Origin: Planctomycetota bacterium
GTDB taxonomy: Bacteria > Planctomycetota > SZUA-567 > H5-PLA8
NCBI GenBank assembly: GCA_038227875.1
Contig: JBBRPR010000005.1
Span: 160,001-224,000, forward strand
DNA length: 64,000 bases
Direction of reading: 5' to 3'
In this document: positions 10,001-18,845 of the stretch, in pieces
Numbering within the stretch: position 1 is the first letter of the stretch
How the letters are laid out: every line of letters starts with the position of its first letter
Position numbers and translations under genes: made by a program
The notes under the pieces: generated by a model
The model's input: only the letters and a program-made list of their open reading frames with translations
Databases searched by the model: none
Told to the model about the DNA's origin: nothing

Positions 10001-11552
10001 GGCGCGCAGCGCGCCGATCGTTTTCGTCTCCGGCGCGGCGAAGAACCACGGCTTCGTCAAGCGCTCGAAGGATCCCCGCTACTTTGAACACTCCGACGGC
10101 TCGTTCTTTTATCCCGTCGGCATGAATCTTTCGACGCCCAGCGAAGAGCAGTTGCCGTTCATCGGCGGGCGCTGGCATTCGCCCAAGTCGTACCGCTTCC
10201 TGCGCGACACGGGGCGACGCGGCACGTATCAGTACGACGACTACTTCGCGGAATTCGAAAAGCACCACCTGAATTGGGCGAAGTTCTGGATGGCGACGTG
10301 GTGGACGTCGATGGAATGGCGCCGCGACTGGCCGCCGTACCAGGGCGCGGGGCGCTACAGCCAGCCCAACGCGTGGCGCATGGATTACCTGGTCGAGGCC
10401 GCGCGCTCGAAAAACATTTTCGTGCAGATCATCTTGATGAATCACGGGCAGGTCAGTTCGGGCATCAATCACGATTGGGAGAACAACCCCTACAACGTTG
10501 CGCTCGGCGGACCGGTGAAATCGGCGCGTGAATTTTATTCTGATTACAACGCCAAGCGCTTGTTCAAGAACAAGCTCCGCTACATTGCCGCACGCTGGGG
10601 TTATTCGACGTCGATCCTGGACTGGACCATCTGCGGCGAAATGGATTTCACCGAAGATTACCAGACCAACAGCTTCGACCTGATGACGCCGGCCAACGAC
10701 AAGCCCGCGCCGGAATCGATGACCTCGTGGCTGCAGGAAATGGGTGAGTACATCAAGCAGATCGATCCCGGCCACCACCTGGTCGGCACGCACGTGTCGC
10801 ATCCGCAACGCGGGCAGAATATTCAGCAGACGCCGATTCTCGATTACGTTCAGTCGAATGCGTACTCCGGCTTTCCCTGGCTGGCACAGGGCAGCATGAA
10901 CGCCGTCAAGGCGCTGACGTCCTACTACTATGGGCAGGGCGGACAGAATCATTTCAAAGGCATGCACGCGTTCGACAAACCCGTGCTGATCTGCGAACAG
11001 GGTGGCCACTGGCACGGCATCTCCAAGAAGTACGGCAACTGGACGCGCAACACCCGCGAAAGTCTCGACGCCGATCTCCACTGCGGACTGTGGGCCGGCG
11101 TGCTGACGCCGCTGGCCGGACAGACCGGCTACTGGTGGTGGCTGCACGTTCACTTCGACGGCGGGTACACGGAGTTCGAAGCCGTCCAGAATTTCATGAA
11201 GGGCGAAGACCTGCGCGGGCAGAATTTTCAGCGCAACTCGCCGTACACCGATGCCGATGGCAAGCCGATCGATTCGCTGGCGTTCCAGAACACCAAGCAC
11301 GGCTTCGCCTGGTTCTACGATCGCAACATGCCCTACGCATTGGTCGAGACTCCGTACGGCGGCGTGAAGGCCACGATCAACGACGTCGAGTCGGGAACGT
11401 TCGAAGTCGAATACTGGGATACGCGCAAAGGCACGATCATCGACCGCCAGACGATCACGTCAGTTGAGAACAAGACGAAGGACGGCTTTAATCTGCCCAT
11501 CGCGCTGCCGCTGTTCAAGGGTGACGTCGCGGTGAAGTTCACGAAAAAGTAA
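7065..11552 (+). CDS. Large exported DUF5060-domain / clan GH-A-like glycoside hydrolase with an internal duplication
   Basis: N-terminal hydrophobic anchor; DUF5060-like YPNPYDPEVVDVSAHITRPDG..VPAFF..WKLRYAP; GFVKRSKDPRYFEHSDGSFFYPVGMN; RYIAARWGYS..WTICGEMD; KPVLICEQG; C-terminal EYWDTRKG. Confidence 0.7.
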   Translation: MRRGAWIAGAVAMGLLVLVLQVLHARSNNTSSQPFKAEPMVELTGKGFGAGDMIYLATGDNRWPFSTPGFSERTLTFPNAVDLRPFSTLRIPLHLLGSSIGRIRAKLRFVHHNGWVYETWQELPLYFGEQGTLSVDIGPDSCDMVPVGHGRPWDGESARAIKKLTLSVHSEGIAHGFLEVGDPKLDNPPKAAPETEKNPFSVVAGAVWPPLNLKMMDFAADVADGSVDAHFRLDPAPQDPYDPKDCDLRVLLIKAADEAGVSAGLTKGAAVEASMLSQARAAYFDQNYYIYEGARNPAEELKPLGVPFFRARIPFDAANRGNVEQGVTAVLILNGKVLTKSHITLNSGEQTVARVCKDARASTVTPPPWTVWGNDAYCEIYRPRTEWTGMPWRTESATYLGERGGETGELPKHSAWSFATTLDHGACWVAPIEWNQAWGKWQGLGRYDLELCWRFERILEHARQESMALPLLLTSDTMFFNQGKYRWPMNPLNAASGGPVSAAGQFFSDPQARANFRRRLRYLAARYGTAPALQGWLFGATLPAENVPGWHQEMASLLSAIDNGRGWYDAKKARLSEGVPEARTADADASSRGKSVLAHDIVSLHPWATPFMKISRKNSFEPGSHDLENWKAEQRLSPGTSMRISTTLASDGQQSIALRAQKMPGNVCLIRELLFSSAEADNFYDFHTLVFDVYVPPDAPHDMRAVVHLRDRDELWYEALLDPLLRPGEWTKCVLDITADNIHKLKPVNHQRPWDDYSRTRIREIGFRIFCGHAFTGEINLDNIHFVGEQVGRITPKVTPVVQLRDAAPHEVPRYDKWEIDFDLNKSYPNPYDPEVVDVSAHITRPDGKEVVVPAFFYEPYERRLVKRQVTPGEMDEDVVHEAEVEEIVPVSGGMKGFWKLRYAPELEGPHSVVLEVRENGKWKREKEAWTPDDRFDHNGNSLPNSPQYMENQFTEIPDRHEDGRRLLQELSYTKGEVVARSAPIVFVSGAAKNHGFVKRSKDPRYFEHSDGSFFYPVGMNLSTPSEEQLPFIGGRWHSPKSYRFLRDTGRRGTYQYDDYFAEFEKHHLNWAKFWMATWWTSMEWRRDWPPYQGAGRYSQPNAWRMDYLVEAARSKNIFVQIILMNHGQVSSGINHDWENNPYNVALGGPVKSAREFYSDYNAKRLFKNKLRYIAARWGYSTSILDWTICGEMDFTEDYQTNSFDLMTPANDKPAPESMTSWLQEMGEYIKQIDPGHHLVGTHVSHPQRGQNIQQTPILDYVQSNAYSGFPWLAQGSMNAVKALTSYYYGQGGQNHFKGMHAFDKPVLICEQGGHWHGISKKYGNWTRNTRESLDADLHCGLWAGVLTPLAGQTGYWWWLHVHFDGGYTEFEAVQNFMKGEDLRGQNFQRNSPYTDADGKPIDSLAFQNTKHGFAWFYDRNMPYALVETPYGGVKATINDVESGTFEVEYWDTRKGTIIDRQTITSVENKTKDGFNLPIALPLFKGDVAVKFTKK

Positions 11553-11555
11553 CTT

Positions 11556-11693
11556 GGTACCACAGATGCGCGAACCCTTGAGCGTAGCGAAAGGGGTCGT
11601 TCATCCGTGCGGGACGCATGGCTTTGGTGGAGCTTCTCGCACGGATGAACGAATTTCTTCGCTTCGCTCAGAAATTCGCGCATCCGGGGCACC
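11556..11693. repeat. ~140-bp structured intergenic repeat element, copy 1 (REPIN/MITE-like)
   Basis: Terminal IR ggtaccacagatgcgcgaa / ttcgcgcatccggggcacc; inner IRs tgagcgtagcgaa / ttcgcttcgctca and gttcatccgtgcg / cgcacggatgaac; homologous to 53998-54140. Confidence 0.85.
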
Positions 11694-11837
11694 CTGACTC
11701 AGTCGAAAGATCCTGTACGCAAATCGATCAAACTTGAACGAATGAATTCCGACGGCGGGGTAGGTTCTCTCTCACAACTGCGACGGGCAAGTGCCCGCGC
11801 GGTTTTTCTGGAGAGGCCGATCCGAGGATTCATTCGC

Positions 11838-12671
11838 ATGTCGAACGCAACACTGGAACTCGCTTCAACCGAATTGAGCACCGCCGAGCTGGAGGCGTTC
11901 GATGAACGCGGCTACCACATTCATGGAAAACTCTTCAGCGACGCGGAAGTCGAAGCGCTGCGCGAGGCGTGCGCGAAGATCTGCGTCGGCGAGTACGAAA
12001 CGGGAGCGCCGCCGGATTGCGTGAACTGGCGGCCGGGCGACGACGCGCTGGCGGTCCGCAAGTTCGACAACTGCTGGAAAGCCAACCGCACCATTGCGGC
12101 GGCAGTGCTCAGTAAGAAGCTCGGCCACATCGCCGGGCAGTTGATTCACGCGCCGTCGATTCGCATGTGGCACGACCAGTTTCTCCACAAGCCGCCGCAC
12201 GGCGGAAAAGTGGTGACGTGGCACCAGGACTGGGCCTACTGGCAGATGATCGCCGAATGCAAAACCGTGACGTGCTGGATCGCGCTCGACGACGTCCGCC
12301 CCGATTCCGGACCGATGATTTTCCTGGAAGGCAGCCACAAGCTCGGCCTCTTCCCCCGCCCCGCCGAGATCAGCGGCGAAGACACGCTGATGCCCAACGC
12401 CCCGGAGCTCGAACGCCTGAAAGCCGTGCCCGTGATCATCCCTGCCGGCTGCGTCTCGTTCCATCTCGGCCTGACGATGCACGCCAGCGACCGCAACTTC
12501 AGCCCCGTCCCGCGCCGCGCGATGGTTTCGCACATCATGTCCGGAGAATGCACGTACAAGTCCGGCCAAGGGCACATGAATGAGGTGTTCATGAAACGCC
12601 TGCCGGACTGCCCGCGCGAAGGCGAGCGTTTTGGCGGGCCGCAGTTTCCGCTGATGTGGGAGCGGTTCTAA
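11838..12671 (+). CDS. Phytanoyl-CoA dioxygenase (PhyH) family Fe(II)/2OG dioxygenase
   Basis: KPPHGGKVVTWHQDWAYW, TCWIALDD, GSHKLG, FHLGLTMHAS..N.S..PRRA. Start taken at ATG 11838 after GAGGA. Confidence 0.85.
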   Translation: MSNATLELASTELSTAELEAFDERGYHIHGKLFSDAEVEALREACAKICVGEYETGAPPDCVNWRPGDDALAVRKFDNCWKANRTIAAAVLSKKLGHIAGQLIHAPSIRMWHDQFLHKPPHGGKVVTWHQDWAYWQMIAECKTVTCWIALDDVRPDSGPMIFLEGSHKLGLFPRPAEISGEDTLMPNAPELERLKAVPVIIPAGCVSFHLGLTMHASDRNFSPVPRRAMVSHIMSGECTYKSGQGHMNEVFMKRLPDCPREGERFGGPQFPLMWERF

Positions 12672-12672
12672 A

Positions 12673-12743
12673 TCTCACGCAAAGCCGCGAATCCCCATTC
12701 CCGGCCGTTGCCGTTCTTTGCGTCTTTGCGGCTTTGCGCGAGA
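12673..12743. repeat. Inverted-repeat hairpin between convergent genes (REP-like / terminator)
   Basis: tctcacgcaaagccgc ... gcggctttgcgcgaga; the right arm has periodic ctttgcg units. Confidence 0.7.
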
Positions 12744-12756
12744 CAAGCAGTTGCTG

Positions 12757-13695
12757 TTAGCGCGGGACGGGCACCTTCTCCAGCACTTCCTGAATGATAT
12801 TCTGCGGGCGCAGGCCGCCGTACTTGGCTTTCGTGTCGAGCATGATGCGGTGGGCGAGGACGGGGATGGCCAGGGCTCGGACGTCTTCGGGGAGGACGTG
12901 GTCGCGGCCGGACATGCGGGCGCGCGCTTGCGACGTGCGGTAGAGGGCGAGCGATCCGCGTGGCGAAATTCCGAGTCGCAGGCGCGGATCGTTGCGCGTG
13001 GCTTCGACGAGTTTCACCATGTATTCGGCGACGGCGCGGTCGACGCGGACTTCGCGCACGGACTGCAGCATGCCGATCACTTCCTGCGTGGTGATGACCG
13101 GCCCGAGTTTCTCGAATGGATGCGAATCGTTCTGGCTGAAAAGAATCTCGATCTCGTGAGCAAAATCCGGATAGCCCAGGCTGACGCAGAGCGTAAAGCG
13201 GTCCAGCTGCGCTTCGGGGAGCGGGTAGGTGCCGTGGAATTCGATCGAATTCTGCGTCGCGATCACGAAGAACGGTTCGGGTAGTCCGCGCCGTTTGCCT
13301 TCGATCGTCACCTGCCGTTCACTCATGACTTCCAGGAGAGCTGACTGCGTTCGCGGCGAGGTGCGGTTGATTTCGTCGGCCAGCAGCACGTTGGCGAAGA
13401 CCGGCCCTTCGCGGAATTCGAAGGTGCCATCCTTCGGATTGTAGAAGCTGCTGCCGGTGATGTCCGCCGGGAGCAGATCGGGCGTGAACTGTACGCGGCG
13501 GAAGACGCCTTCAATCGATCGCGCCAGCGATTTGGCCAGCGTGGTCTTGCCGGTTCCGGGTACGTCTTCCAGCAGCGTGTGGCCGCCGGCGAGCATCGAC
13601 GTGAGCACCAGCCGGATGCCGTCGCTCTTGCCGCGGATGACGGTGGTGAGATTGTCTTCGATCTTCTTCAACGTCGCGGCAAATTGCGCGCTCAT
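12757..13695 (-). CDS. moxR: MoxR family AAA+ ATPase
   Basis: LLEDVPGTGKT, RVQFTPDLLPADITG, LLADEINRTSPRTQSALLEVM, GTYPLPEAQLDRF, GISPRG. Confidence 0.92.
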   Translation of the reverse strand: MSAQFAATLKKIEDNLTTVIRGKSDGIRLVLTSMLAGGHTLLEDVPGTGKTTLAKSLARSIEGVFRRVQFTPDLLPADITGSSFYNPKDGTFEFREGPVFANVLLADEINRTSPRTQSALLEVMSERQVTIEGKRRGLPEPFFVIATQNSIEFHGTYPLPEAQLDRFTLCVSLGYPDFAHEIEILFSQNDSHPFEKLGPVITTQEVIGMLQSVREVRVDRAVAEYMVKLVEATRNDPRLRLGISPRGSLALYRTSQARARMSGRDHVLPEDVRALAIPVLAHRIMLDTKAKYGGLRPQNIIQEVLEKVPVPR

Positions 13696-13772
13696 CAGTC
13701 GGCCCCTGTGCCCTGCGTGTTATACGGACAAGGTGATGAGAGAGTTCTATCCGGAACGGAAGAATGGACTAA

Positions 13773-13897
13773 TGCGGATTTCGGATTGCGGATTGCGGAT
13801 TAGACTGGAAGACGCCAATCGGAATCTATTGCCTGAATTGGAATCGTACGTCGTTCGAATCGCGTCCCGACCTAATCCGCAATCCGAAATCCGCAAT
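13773..13897. repeat. Heptamer-armed inverted repeat element (GCGGATT / AATCCGC arrays)
   Basis: tgcggatttcggattgcggatt is the exact reverse complement of aatccgcaatccgaaatccgca (13874-13895); unique core of about 70 nt. Confidence 0.85.
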
Positions 13898-13902
13898 GCC
13901 GT

Positions 13903-14871
13903 TTACGCGGTGAGCGTCGAGCTGAATTCGCCGACGAACTTCTGGCGCAGCGGAGCCTTGCCGGCGGCGTATTCGGAGGGGCTGATGCCGGTTTTCTGGC
14001 GGAAGACGCGGCTGAAGTGATGGGAGTCGGCGAAGTTGAGGCGGTTGGCGACGTCCTTGATCGCCAGGCCTTGCACGAGCAGTTTCTGCGCTTCAAACAC
14101 GCGGCGTTCGCGGACGTAGGCCATCGGCGATGTGCCCACGGCGTTGCGGAAAATGTCGACCAGCCGCCGTTCGCTGCAGCGCGCGACGTTGGCCAGATCC
14201 TTGACCGACAGATCGCTCTCGAGATGCGCGACAACGTAATCCAGCACGCACGCAATCTGTTCGGGCAGCCCTTTGCCGTACGGAACTTGAAGTGCGGAGT
14301 GGCCGCCTGGACCGATGGAATTGATGTCGGGAATTTCCTGCGCGGTTTTCAGCGCGAGCATCCGGGCAAAGCTGATGCCCAAGATCGTCAGCTGCGCGCG
14401 CGCCGCTACGATGGCGTCGACGGTTTTGCGGCCCAGTTCATACTGAATGGCGCGGAAGTTCGCCGCCAGTTCCGGGCGGAACGGACCGCTGGCGCAGGGC
14501 GCTGATGCGCTGAGATCCAACTGCGGGCCGAGATTCCACGGCCAGGCCAGTTCACCGGAATTCGCGGGACTCGTTGTACCGAAGAAACAATAGTAGTAGC
14601 CCAGCGGACGCGACGGGTTGAGCTCCGCCGACGCAGTGCGACCCGCGGGTAGCGCAAACAGATCGCCGCGGCGCACGGGAAATTTCCATTCGCCCACCTG
14701 CCACACGCCCTGACCACTGGCCACGTAAATCAACCCCGCGTGCTGTTGAACGTCGCGCGGTGGGCGTTGCGTGGAGAGGTCGCACTGAAAATAACCCGAT
14801 GTCAGTGGTTCAGTCGATTCGAAAAGCATCGTCCCCATCCTTCTTTTTCCGGCCTTCAATTCCGGCCGCAA
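13903..14871 (-). CDS. AraC family transcriptional regulator
   Basis: N-terminal cupin-like GLIYVASGQG..GDLFALPAG; C-terminal double HTH LSVKDLAN..SERRL..IKDVANRLNFADSHHFSRVFRQKTGISPSEY. The start is uncertain. Confidence 0.88.
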   Translation of the reverse strand: MRPELKAGKRRMGTMLFESTEPLTSGYFQCDLSTQRPPRDVQQHAGLIYVASGQGVWQVGEWKFPVRRGDLFALPAGRTASAELNPSRPLGYYYCFFGTTSPANSGELAWPWNLGPQLDLSASAPCASGPFRPELAANFRAIQYELGRKTVDAIVAARAQLTILGISFARMLALKTAQEIPDINSIGPGGHSALQVPYGKGLPEQIACVLDYVVAHLESDLSVKDLANVARCSERRLVDIFRNAVGTSPMAYVRERRVFEAQKLLVQGLAIKDVANRLNFADSHHFSRVFRQKTGISPSEYAAGKAPLRQKFVGEFSSTLTA

Positions 14872-15157
14872 CGATACCGTTTCCGATCTTAATTCCGCTG
14901 TGCTGTGGAGAGGACGGGGACAATCCCGATTTAGTGCAACAATCCGTCAACTCGCATCACATAACTGATTCACCCAATGTGCACGAAGTGAAAATGCGCG
15001 CTGTAGAGGTGTCTTATTGGGCAGCCCGGCAGTTTTTGGCTGAGTTCGAGGACTACTGATCAGTCCACTCCTTGGGGCAAATTTACCCCAAGGTCTGTTC
15101 GCCACCGAGGCTGCGGCGCTTATACTCAAGTGCGTGGTTCACGGAGGCGCCCGGCCG

Positions 15158-16081
15158 ATGCACGTCACGTTTCGCAGTCCGATTGTCATAGTGCTGACCG
15201 CCGCGGTGGCGATTGCCGCGTTTGCGGTCAGCCGGATGAAGCCGGTCACATCGCCAATCGCAACGCCGGTGGGTCCGGAAGCGGAAAGCGCCGACATGAG
15301 TCCCAAGGTTCTCGCCAAGCTGCTGGAGACCGGCGAAAACGCGGAATGGCGTGACGACTGGAATTCGGCGGAGGAACAGTACAAGCAGGCGGTGACGCTT
15401 TTTCCGCGGCACGCCACGGCCTGGGCTCATTATGGCGAATTCCAACGCTTCTACCGACACAACGACGATGAAGCGACGCGCGCTTTTCAACGCACCCTTG
15501 AAGCATCCATCCCCGATCCCACGTCCGCCGCTTACGCGTGGCGGGGACTGGGTGAAATCGCTGCAAAACAAGGCGATACCGACAAAGCGCTCGAGTTGAT
15601 GAACAAAAGCCTGAAGGCCGGAAAACTCTCCGACACGCATCGCTCGCTGTCGCATCTGTATGGCCGCCTGGGCATGAATGACGAAGCCGCGAAGCACGCA
15701 AAGCTCGCAGCGGAAATCGACCCCGACGACCCGATCGCGTTGCTGCTCTATGCCGCGCATCTGGAACGCTCCGGCCATCACGAGGAAGCGCAGCGGACGT
15801 TCAAGAAAGCCATTACGCTCGGCGGCTGCGATGCCGAAGGGCAACACAACAAGCCGGTGCACTGCTGCGTCTTTTACAATTCCGCCGGCTACTACGCCGT
15901 GCGCGGCGATACGCCCGGTGCGCTGAAGATGCTCGAAGCGTTTTTCGAAACGCCCAATCATCGCCACCTGCCGCGCGAGCACATCCTCGACGATCCGGAT
16001 TTCGTGGAGCTCAAGAAGGATCCGGAATTCCTCAAGCTGCTCGACCGCTATCTGCCGTCAGTCCCGGCGGCAACAAAATAG
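15158..16081 (+). CDS. Membrane-anchored tetratricopeptide repeat protein
   Basis: N-terminal TM, TPR helices (AEEQYKQAVTLFP, AWRGLGEI, AAEIDPDD), terminal DDPDFVELKKDPEF cap; GGAGG RBS. Confidence 0.8.
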   Translation: MHVTFRSPIVIVLTAAVAIAAFAVSRMKPVTSPIATPVGPEAESADMSPKVLAKLLETGENAEWRDDWNSAEEQYKQAVTLFPRHATAWAHYGEFQRFYRHNDDEATRAFQRTLEASIPDPTSAAYAWRGLGEIAAKQGDTDKALELMNKSLKAGKLSDTHRSLSHLYGRLGMNDEAAKHAKLAAEIDPDDPIALLLYAAHLERSGHHEEAQRTFKKAITLGGCDAEGQHNKPVHCCVFYNSAGYYAVRGDTPGALKMLEAFFETPNHRHLPREHILDDPDFVELKKDPEFLKLLDRYLPSVPAATK

Positions 16082-16091
16082 GTTCAGCGGT

Positions 16092-16631
16092 CTACTCCTT
16101 TTTCTCCCGAATGTGGGCGATGGGCTCGCTGAGGTAAGCCCCGGAGTGCAACTCAGAGGGCGAAAAGGTCTGTTCCTTCACCACGCTGGTAATGCGAATT
16201 CCCTGGGTACCGTCGAGGACAACTCCTTTGAGTTCCACGCGGCCAACATGCGAGCCCGTGCCGACGGAGGCGAGAATTTCTTTCAACCGGGTCGCTACCT
16301 CGCCCTCAGCGATCAATTTTTGGCCGTTGAACGTACCGTGCACAGACCAGTGGAAATGCCCATTTCCATCGTTCACTTTGACCCGACACTTGTCCTGTTC
16401 CCATACAAAATGGCACACATAATTCTTGACGTCTTTGAACTGAGCGTCCCGTTCGCCAATGACGCCCACAAAGGTCTGTTCTTTTCCCTCGCTGGCAGCC
16501 GGGCTCGCTGCCGGCTTGGCGGACTGGGTGGCCGTAAGTGACTCGCTTTTGGTTTTGGAATCGTCGGCCGCCATCACATGGGCCGCGCTCAGCGATAGGC
16601 ACATCAAACAGGCAAGACGGGAATAGATCAT
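16092..16631 (-). CDS. Secreted hypothetical protein
   Basis: Signal peptide ending AHVMA; GGAGG RBS. Confidence 0.6.
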   Translation of the reverse strand: MIYSRLACLMCLSLSAAHVMAADDSKTKSESLTATQSAKPAASPAASEGKEQTFVGVIGERDAQFKDVKNYVCHFVWEQDKCRVKVNDGNGHFHWSVHGTFNGQKLIAEGEVATRLKEILASVGTGSHVGRVELKGVVLDGTQGIRITSVVKEQTFSPSELHSGAYLSEPIAHIREKKE

Positions 16632-16812
16632 CGGAACCTCCAGGAGTCGCCTGTGTGACGAAGGAATAGGAATTTCGTTTCAAGATATCCAGAATCAATT
16701 GTGGCGTGAGTGCATTGCACATCGCGGATTAACCGTCCGTTTCAAGCTTTCAGCGCGTCGCGATACGTGGTAGACACAACCACATCCAACATTTGAATCG
16801 GGGGAAAATCTC

Positions 16813-17781
16813 ATGCATTACACGCGTCTGGGCCGCACTGCACTCAAGGTCAGCCGTCTGTGTCTGGGCACCATGAATTTCGGCCCGCAAACCAGCGAGC
16901 CTGATAGCCACGCGATCATGGACCGCGCGCTGGAGCTGGGCATCAACTTCTTCGACACCGCCAATGTCTACGGTGGCAAGAAGGGCGAAGGGATCACCGA
17001 ACAGATTGTCGGAAACTGGTTCGCGAAAGGGGGCGGACGCCGCGAGAAGACCATCCTCGCCACGAAAGTGTACGGCGACATGGGCGACTGGCCGAATTCC
17101 TCGCGCTTGTCGGCGCTGCATATCCGCCGCGCCTGCGAGGACAGCCTGAAGCGATTGAAGACCGACTACATTGACCTCTACCAGATGCATCACATCTGGC
17201 GCGAAGCGCCGTGGGAGGAAGTGTGGCAGGCGATGAACCTGCTCGTTCAGCAGGGCAAGGTGCTCTACGTCGGCTCCTCGAATTTCGCGGGCTGGCACAT
17301 CGCTCAGGCCAACGAGCAGGCCAAGAGCCGCCATTTCCTCGGGCTGGTCTCCGAGCAGAGTCTCTACAATCTGAACGCGCGCACGATTGAACTCGAAGTC
17401 ATCCCCGCCTGCGAAACCTACGGCCTGGGGCTGATCCCGTGGAGCCCGCTGGCCGGCGGCCTGCTCGGCGGCGTCTTGCAGAAGGCGAAGGAAGGCCGCC
17501 GCGCCAATCCGAACATGCAGAACAACGTCGAGAAAAACCGCGTCAAGCTGGAAGCCTGGGAGAAGCTCTGCGCGGACCTCGGCCACCATCCCGCCGACGT
17601 CGGTATCGCATGGCTGCTGCACAACAAGGTCGTGACCGCCCCGATCATCGGACCGCGCACGATGGACCAACTTAACGGCTCGATCAAGGCCGTCGAAATC
17701 AAGCTCACCGAAGAGACGCTGAAGAAGCTCGACGAAATCTTCCCCGGCCACAAACCAGCGCCGGAAGGATACGCGTGGTAA
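16813..17781 (+). CDS. Aldo/keto reductase
   Basis: VSRLCLGTMNFG, FFDTANVYG, LATK, SLKRLKTDYIDLYQMH, WSPLAGGLL, PIIGPRT. Confidence 0.95.
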   Translation: MHYTRLGRTALKVSRLCLGTMNFGPQTSEPDSHAIMDRALELGINFFDTANVYGGKKGEGITEQIVGNWFAKGGGRREKTILATKVYGDMGDWPNSSRLSALHIRRACEDSLKRLKTDYIDLYQMHHIWREAPWEEVWQAMNLLVQQGKVLYVGSSNFAGWHIAQANEQAKSRHFLGLVSEQSLYNLNARTIELEVIPACETYGLGLIPWSPLAGGLLGGVLQKAKEGRRANPNMQNNVEKNRVKLEAWEKLCADLGHHPADVGIAWLLHNKVVTAPIIGPRTMDQLNGSIKAVEIKLTEETLKKLDEIFPGHKPAPEGYAW

Positions 17782-17793
17782 CGGGCGGACAGA

Positions 17794-17935
17794 GGGCATC
17801 GGGGATCAGGCATCGGGCATCGGTCAGTGGGCATGCCCGGCACCTAACGCCTGTGACCCGCTGCCGTTGCGGAGTTTACTGTATGGCATGGGATCATTCG
17901 CGTCGACCGATGCCTGATGCCCGATTTCCGATCCC
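17794..17935. repeat. Heptamer-armed inverted repeat element (GGGCATC / GATGCCC arrays)
   Basis: gggcatc ggggatc aggcatc gggcatc ggtc ... gacc gatgcct gatgccc gatttcc gatccc. Confidence 0.75.
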
Positions 17936-17950
17936 ATCAGTTCGGCCTCC

Positions 17951-18829
17951 ATGGATTCCCTGAAACGCGGACGACTGCTCATCCTCGCTGCTGCCGTGTG
18001 CTGGAGCGGTGGCGGGGCGGCGGTGAAACTGGCGGCGCCGCTGGATGCGTGGCAGATCGCCTCGATCCGGTCGCTTTTTGCCGGCCTGTTTCTGGCGGTG
18101 ATTTTCCAGCCGTGGCGCATGCGGGTCTGGCTGCCGGGATGGAAAGTGCTGCTGCTGGCGCTGATCAACGCCGGCATGCTCATTCTGTTCATCACCGCCA
18201 ATACGCACACGACCTCCGCCAATGCCATCTTTCTGCAGGACACCGCGCCGGTGTGGGTCTCACTTTTCTCGCCGTGGCTGCTGAACGAAAAATTCCGCAT
18301 GAAAGACCTGCGCAGCCTGCTGATCTGCGCGGTGGGCATGTCGCTATTTTTTCTCGATCAACTCACGCCCGGCCAATGGATCGGAAACATTCTGGCCCTG
18401 GCTTCCGGCGTATTCTTTGCGCTGGTCCTGATCGGCCTGCGCTGGGGCCGCCGGAAATCCGCGGACGTCCCGGACGGCGATCGGCAACTCAGCGACAGCG
18501 AACAGCTTCTCCTGTGGGGAAATCTGTTCTGCTTTCTCCTCTGCATTCCCATGATGCAAAGCGCGCCGCACGCGCTGGGCACCGTGGGCTTGCAGCCGCT
18601 GCTGATCGTTGCGGGAATGGGCGTATTTCAATTGGGACTCGGCTACCTGTTGATGTCGAAAGGCATCGTCGAAGTTCCCGCGACGGAAGCCGGCTTGCTG
18701 GCGCTGCTGGAACCGGTGCTCAATCCCGTCTGGGCGCTGCTGTTCGCTCACGAAATGCCCGGCCGCTGGGCGCTCATTGGCGGCGCAATTATCCTCGGCG
18801 ATCTCGCCTGGCAGTCGGTGGCGGGGTGA
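17951..18829 (+). CDS. EamA/DMT family transporter
   Basis: About ten TM segments; TTSANAIFLQDTAPVWV..SPWLLNEK; LALLEPVLNPVWALLFAHEMPG. Confidence 0.9.
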   Translation: MDSLKRGRLLILAAAVCWSGGGAAVKLAAPLDAWQIASIRSLFAGLFLAVIFQPWRMRVWLPGWKVLLLALINAGMLILFITANTHTTSANAIFLQDTAPVWVSLFSPWLLNEKFRMKDLRSLLICAVGMSLFFLDQLTPGQWIGNILALASGVFFALVLIGLRWGRRKSADVPDGDRQLSDSEQLLLWGNLFCFLLCIPMMQSAPHALGTVGLQPLLIVAGMGVFQLGLGYLLMSKGIVEVPATEAGLLALLEPVLNPVWALLFAHEMPGRWALIGGAIILGDLAWQSVAG

Positions 18830-18845
18830 CGAACGGCCGGCATCG

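Noticed and set aside
9036..11300. 754-aa minus-strand ORF
   Set aside because: Shadow of the 1495-aa plus-strand gene.
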